Below, piece by piece: positions 60,722-64,000 of a stretch of 64,000 bases of DNA (position 1 is its first letter; each line of letters starts with the position of its first letter). Origin of the DNA: an uncultured Actinomycetota bacterium (lineage in GTDB: Bacteria > Actinomycetota > Actinomycetes > Streptosporangiales > Streptosporangiaceae); the NCBI GenBank assembly GCA_963843745.1, contig CAWJLP010000005.1:214014-278013 (forward strand). The letters run 5' to 3'. A program made the translations under genes and the position numbers. Below the pieces are notes generated by a model, which searched no databases, had not been told where the DNA came from, and saw only the letters and a list, made by a program, of their open reading frames with translations.

Positions 60722-61828
60722 GTGGGAGGCGTGTACCAGGCGGTGTACCGCGTCGTGCTGCGGCGGCTGCCGCCGGAGGCGGCGCACGCCGCGGGGTTCT
60801 GGCTGATCAGGGCGGCGGCCGCCGTTCCTGGTGGCGTCTGGGTGCTGCGGCGTTTTCTCGCGCCGCGGGACCCCGTTCTGCGGGTGCGGGCGCTCGGGCT
60901 GGACTTTCCCGGGCCGCTCGGGCTGGCGGCGGGGTTCGACAAGGACGGGCACGGCGTGGCCGGGCTGGCGGCGCTCGGGTTCGGTTTCGTCGAGGTCGGC
61001 ACGGTGACCGCGCGGCCGCAGCCGGGCAACGCGAAGCCGCGGATGTTCCGGTTCCCTGCCGAACGTGCCCTGGTCAACCGGATGGGCTTCAACAACGCCG
61101 GGGCGGCGGCGCTCGCGGCGCGGCTGCGCGCGCTGCGCGGCGCGCCGGGGCCGCGGCCGGTCGTCGGCGTCAACATCGGCAAGACCAAGGCGGCGGCTGA
61201 CGACGCGGCGATCGCCGACTACGTGAGCAGCGCCCGCCTGGTCGCGGACGTCGCCGACTACGTGGTCGTCAACGTCAGCTCCCCCAACACGCCTGGCCTG
61301 CGCGACCTGCAGGCGGCGGACAAACTGAAGCCACTGCTTGGCGCGGTGCGCTCGGCGCTGGACGAGGCGTCCCCTAGGCGCCGGGTGCCGCTGCTGGTGA
61401 AGATCGCCCCGGACCTGGCCGACGCTGACATCGACGCGGTGGCCGATCTCGCGCTCGGCCTAGGGCTCGACGGCATCATCGCCACGAACACCACGATCTC
61501 CCGCGCTGGGCTGCGCGATAGCGCAGCTGTCGCCGACGCGGGCCCTGGCGGCATGTCCGGCGTGCCGTTGCGCGGGCGCGCCCTCGAGGTGCTGCGCCGC
61601 CTGCACGCCCGCACCGGCGGCCGCCTGGTCCTCATCGCGGCGGGCGGCATCGAGAGCGCCGACGACGCGTATGAGCGGCTCGCGGCGGGCGCGACGCTGC
61701 TGCAGGCCTACACGGCATTCATCTACGAGGGCCCGCTATGGCCGCATCGCGTCCAGGCGGCGCTGGCCGGCCGTCTCCGCGCAGCGTCGCTGGCGGTGAA
61801 AGGCGGGTTATCGTATGTTTACGGCTGA
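60722..61828 (+). CDS. pyrD: Quinone-dependent (class 2) dihydroorotate dehydrogenase
   Basis: The motifs are [28 protein letters not shown]...LVNRMGFNN and [11 protein letters not shown]. Confidence 0.92.
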   Translation: MGGVYQAVYRVVLRRLPPEAAHAAGFWLIRAAAAVPGGVWVLRRFLAPRDPVLRVRALGLDFPGPLGLAAGFDKDGHGVAGLAALGFGFVEVGTVTARPQPGNAKPRMFRFPAERALVNRMGFNNAGAAALAARLRALRGAPGPRPVVGVNIGKTKAAADDAAIADYVSSARLVADVADYVVVNVSSPNTPGLRDLQAADKLKPLLGAVRSALDEASPRRRVPLLVKIAPDLADADIDAVADLALGLGLDGIIATNTTISRAGLRDSAAVADAGPGGMSGVPLRGRALEVLRRLHARTGGRLVLIAAGGIESADDAYERLAAGATLLQAYTAFIYEGPLWPHRVQAALAGRLRAASLAVKGGLSYVYG

Positions 61829-61848
61829 CTGGCCCGGCAAGCTGGGAC

Positions 61849-62205
61849 ATGATGTTGGGGGGGCGAAGGGGGAGAACAGGCGGTGGAGCGTTCGGCAGGT
61901 GCCGAGCCAGCGTCGGGCCGGCCGGGTTGTTCGCCGCTGATGCGGAGATCGGCCGTGATCTGGCCGCGGTGGACTGGGCCGCCACCCCGCTCGGGCTGCC
62001 GATGTCATGGCCCCAGAGCCTGCAGACCGCGGTGGACATCCTGCTGTCGTCCCGCTTCTCGATGTGGATGGCCTGGGGGCCGCGGCTGACGTTCTTCTGC
62101 AACGCCGCCTACCGGCGCGACAGCCGCCCCCTCAGGGATGCGGCGGCCCGGCCCGCAGGCGCCGCTACCAGGTCTGCTCGGCGGCGCGGACGAGCATCTC
62201 GTTGA
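61849..62205 (+). pseudogene. N-terminal fragment of a PAS-type sensor (as found at the start of SpoIIE phosphatases/kinases), truncated
   Basis: FAADAEIGRDLAAVDWAATPLGLPMSWPQSLQTAVDILLSSRFSMWMAWGPRLTFFCNAAYRRD matches my memory of that N-terminal PAS signature. Similarity stops near 62120, and the ORF then runs antisense into the convergent SDR gene. Confidence 0.4.
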
Positions 62206-62929
62206 CCGCCACCCGGCGGTCCCTGGTCACGATGTAGGCCACCGTGTCGGCGATGTCGTCCGGCCGTAGCGGTTCGATCGAGGCCGTCTGGCTCCGCGCC
62301 GCCTCCCGGATGTCCTCGCGGAGGTGGGTGGCGAGCTCGGTGTCCACCGTGCCGGGCTCGATCACGCTCACCCGCACCCGGCGGCTGATCAACTCCTGGC
62401 GGAGCGCCTCGCTGAACGCCGCCGCGCCGAACTTGGTCAGGTTGTACACGGCGCTGCCCGGCCGGGCCACCCGCCCGGCGGTGGAGGTGATGGTGACCAG
62501 GTCCGCCACCTGACGGGGCGAGTCCGCCGCGGCGCGGACCAGATGCGGCAGCGCCGCGTGGGTGACATACAGCATGCCTTGCACGTTCAGGGCCACCATC
62601 TGGTCCCACTCGCCGATCGGGGCGTCCAGGGCTGGCCCCAGGAGCATGATCCCGGCGTTGTTGACCACGGTGTCCAGCCGGCCCAGCTCGGCGACGGTCG
62701 TCTCGACCGCGCCCGCGGCTTCCCGCTGGCTGGTTACGTCCGCTTGCACGACGAGCGCTATCCCGCCGTCCGCCCGGATCGCGGCGGCGAGGCCGTCCAG
62801 CCGGTCCCGGCGCCGCGCCACCAGGGCGACGGCGGCGCCCTCGGCGGCCAGCCGCCGGGCCGTCGCCGCGCCGATCCCGCTGCTCGAACCGGTAACCAGG
62901 GCGACCGTGTTCTTCAGGTGACTCGTCAT
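62165..62929 (-). CDS. SDR family oxidoreductase
   Basis: The motifs are VALVTGSSSGIGAA, NNAG and YNLTK. Confidence 0.88.
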   Translation of the reverse strand: MTSHLKNTVALVTGSSSGIGAATARRLAAEGAAVALVARRRDRLDGLAAAIRADGGIALVVQADVTSQREAAGAVETTVAELGRLDTVVNNAGIMLLGPALDAPIGEWDQMVALNVQGMLYVTHAALPHLVRAAADSPRQVADLVTITSTAGRVARPGSAVYNLTKFGAAAFSEALRQELISRRVRVSVIEPGTVDTELATHLREDIREAARSQTASIEPLRPDDIADTVAYIVTRDRRVAVNEMLVRAAEQTW

Positions 62930-63052
62930 GCGGTAATCATCGCGCGCTGATCTCTAGACCGTGATCAGGGCGGGGTCTACTACGGGACGCTGCTGCGGTG
63001 CGAGCCGCGGCCGCACCGCGCCCCGCTTGACCTGGCCGCGGCCGCCCGGGTT

Positions 63053-63364
63053 ATGTCAGGTCTTCCGCTCGACCGCGACGCGGTCCGCGCGGTGCTCGAC
63101 GCCGCCGGCGCGCCGACGGCCGCCCTGCCCGCGCTCCCGGCTGGCCTGACCGAACGGGAACTCGAGATCCTGCGGCTGCTCGCCGCGGGCAGCACGAAAC
63201 GTCAGATCGCCGCCGATCTGGTGATCTCGCAGTCGACTGTGCACACGCACACCGTGCACATCTACGCCAAGTGCGGCGTCTCGACCCGGGCGGGCCTGGC
63301 GATGTTCGCGATGCGGCACGGTCTCGCGGCCAGGGCCGGGGCGGCCGCCGCCAATATCGACTGA
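63053..63364 (+). CDS. Short LuxR-type HTH protein (possibly the C-terminal remnant of a larger regulator)
   Basis: It has the LuxR C-terminal HTH LTERELEILRLLAAGSTKRQIAADLVISQSTVHTHTVHIYAKCGV. It is only 103 aa and has no receiver or ligand domain. Confidence 0.6.
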   Translation: MSGLPLDRDAVRAVLDAAGAPTAALPALPAGLTERELEILRLLAAGSTKRQIAADLVISQSTVHTHTVHIYAKCGVSTRAGLAMFAMRHGLAARAGAAAANID

Positions 63365-63456
63365 ACAGTCGATAGCCCGGGCCTGCGCCGCGGCCTACGG
63401 TTCCAGCAGGCAGCCAGCGAAGGAGCCGGCATGACCGTGAGCACGAGGAGCAGAGC

Positions 63457-63864
63457 ATGAGCGCAGAGCAGAACATCGAGACGGCCAGGCAGCTGTACCA
63501 GGCGTTCGGCAGCGGAGACGTCCAGGCCATCCTGGACCGGGTCACCGACGACGTTGACTGGTCCACCGACGCGGCGATCGAGTCCGCGCCGTGGTACGGC
63601 CCCAGGCACGGGAAAGACGGAGTGGCCGACTTCTTCGAGGCCATCGGGAAGACGGGCCCGGTCACGGAATTCACCCCGCTGGCCTTCGCGGGCAACGACG
63701 ACGGGGACGTCATGGTATTCATCCGCTATGCCTTCACGGTCAGCGCGACCGGCAAGCAGGTCACGATGAACATGCACCACTACTGGAGGTTCCGCGACGG
63801 CAGGGTTTACTTCGTCCGCAGCTCCGAGGACACCGCACAGGTCGCCGCCGCGCTGACGCCCTGA
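63457..63864 (+). CDS. NTF2-like (SnoaL-type) protein
   Basis: The motifs are NIETARQLYQAFGSGDVQAILDRVTDDVDW and ...HYWRFRDGRV. Confidence 0.8.
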   Translation: MSAEQNIETARQLYQAFGSGDVQAILDRVTDDVDWSTDAAIESAPWYGPRHGKDGVADFFEAIGKTGPVTEFTPLAFAGNDDGDVMVFIRYAFTVSATGKQVTMNMHHYWRFRDGRVYFVRSSEDTAQVAAALTP

Positions 63865-63874
63865 CCGGATGTCC

Positions 63875-64000
63875 TCACTTCCTGGCTTTCGCGTCGACGA
63901 TGGTGGTCACCAGGCCGGTGCCGACGTCGTAGACGTGCCCGGAGACGTGGACATTCTGCGGGATTTCCTCCGCCCACAGGACCCGCTCGACGTCGGTCCG
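63875..64000 (-). CDS. Probable beta-class carbonic anhydrase, C-terminal end (gene runs off the window end)
   Basis: My translation of the minus strand gives ...RTDVERVLWAEEIPQNVHVSGHVYDVGTGLVTTIVDAKARK*. The VxGxVYDVxTGxV ending is typical of beta-CAs. Only 41 codons are visible. Confidence 0.45.
   Translation of the reverse strand, partial: RTDVERVLWAEEIPQNVHVSGHVYDVGTGLVTTIVDAKARK

Noticed and set aside
62951-63052. An upstream in-frame extension of the short LuxR gene as evidence of a longer intact regulator.
   Set aside because: The frame is open only from 62951. It has no start codon before 63053 and no recognisable domain, so at most it is a remnant.

Overview
This 64-kb window comes from a very GC-rich chromosome in which third codon positions are almost always G/C. 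The gene content looks actinobacterial: a mycothiol-type maleylpyruvate isomerase, a DUF222-HNH gene, a LAL-type LuxR regulator and DUF3048. The taxon is inference only. I can support about 55 protein-coding genes. I saw no rRNA, tRNA, CRISPR array or intact IS element.

Main blocks, in window order:
- a LAL regulator and flavoenzymes;
- a single ORF joining PabB, PabC-like and PabA modules;
- a MarR / DUF3048 / MFS / NAT / DoxX group;
- a decayed DUF222-HNH gene;
- a DEAD-box helicase plus cspA cold-shock pair;
- alkB, a HAD hydrolase and an Acg-type nitroreductase;
- a tightly coupled minus-strand operon: 2-hydroxyacid dehydrogenase, REC-fused TrxR-like flavoprotein, cNMP-binding histidine kinase, zf-UBP, molybdoenzyme, FNR-like reductase;
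- sbcCD;
- a 1278-aa fused double ABC exporter;
- a gentisate-pathway cluster;
- a sugar-type ABC importer divergent from an operon of split transketolase, a UGSC-motif protein interrupted by an in-frame TGA, and an unknown 361-aa protein;
- hicBA;
- an IlvD-family dehydratase / dehydrogenase cluster;
- pyrD.

The most interesting signal is the candidate selenocysteine recoding event at 51113..51115, which gives a U-G-S-C redox motif, together with its uncharacterised operon. Other points worth a second look:
- the TrxR-like response regulator lacks the redox CxxC;
- the pab ORF has no stop between modules and contains an in-frame 18-bp x8 repeat and palindromic elements;
- an AT-rich 15-19-nt motif recurs three times;
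- there are unusually many frameshifted, stop-less or fused ORFs, which may reflect assembly indel errors rather than biology.
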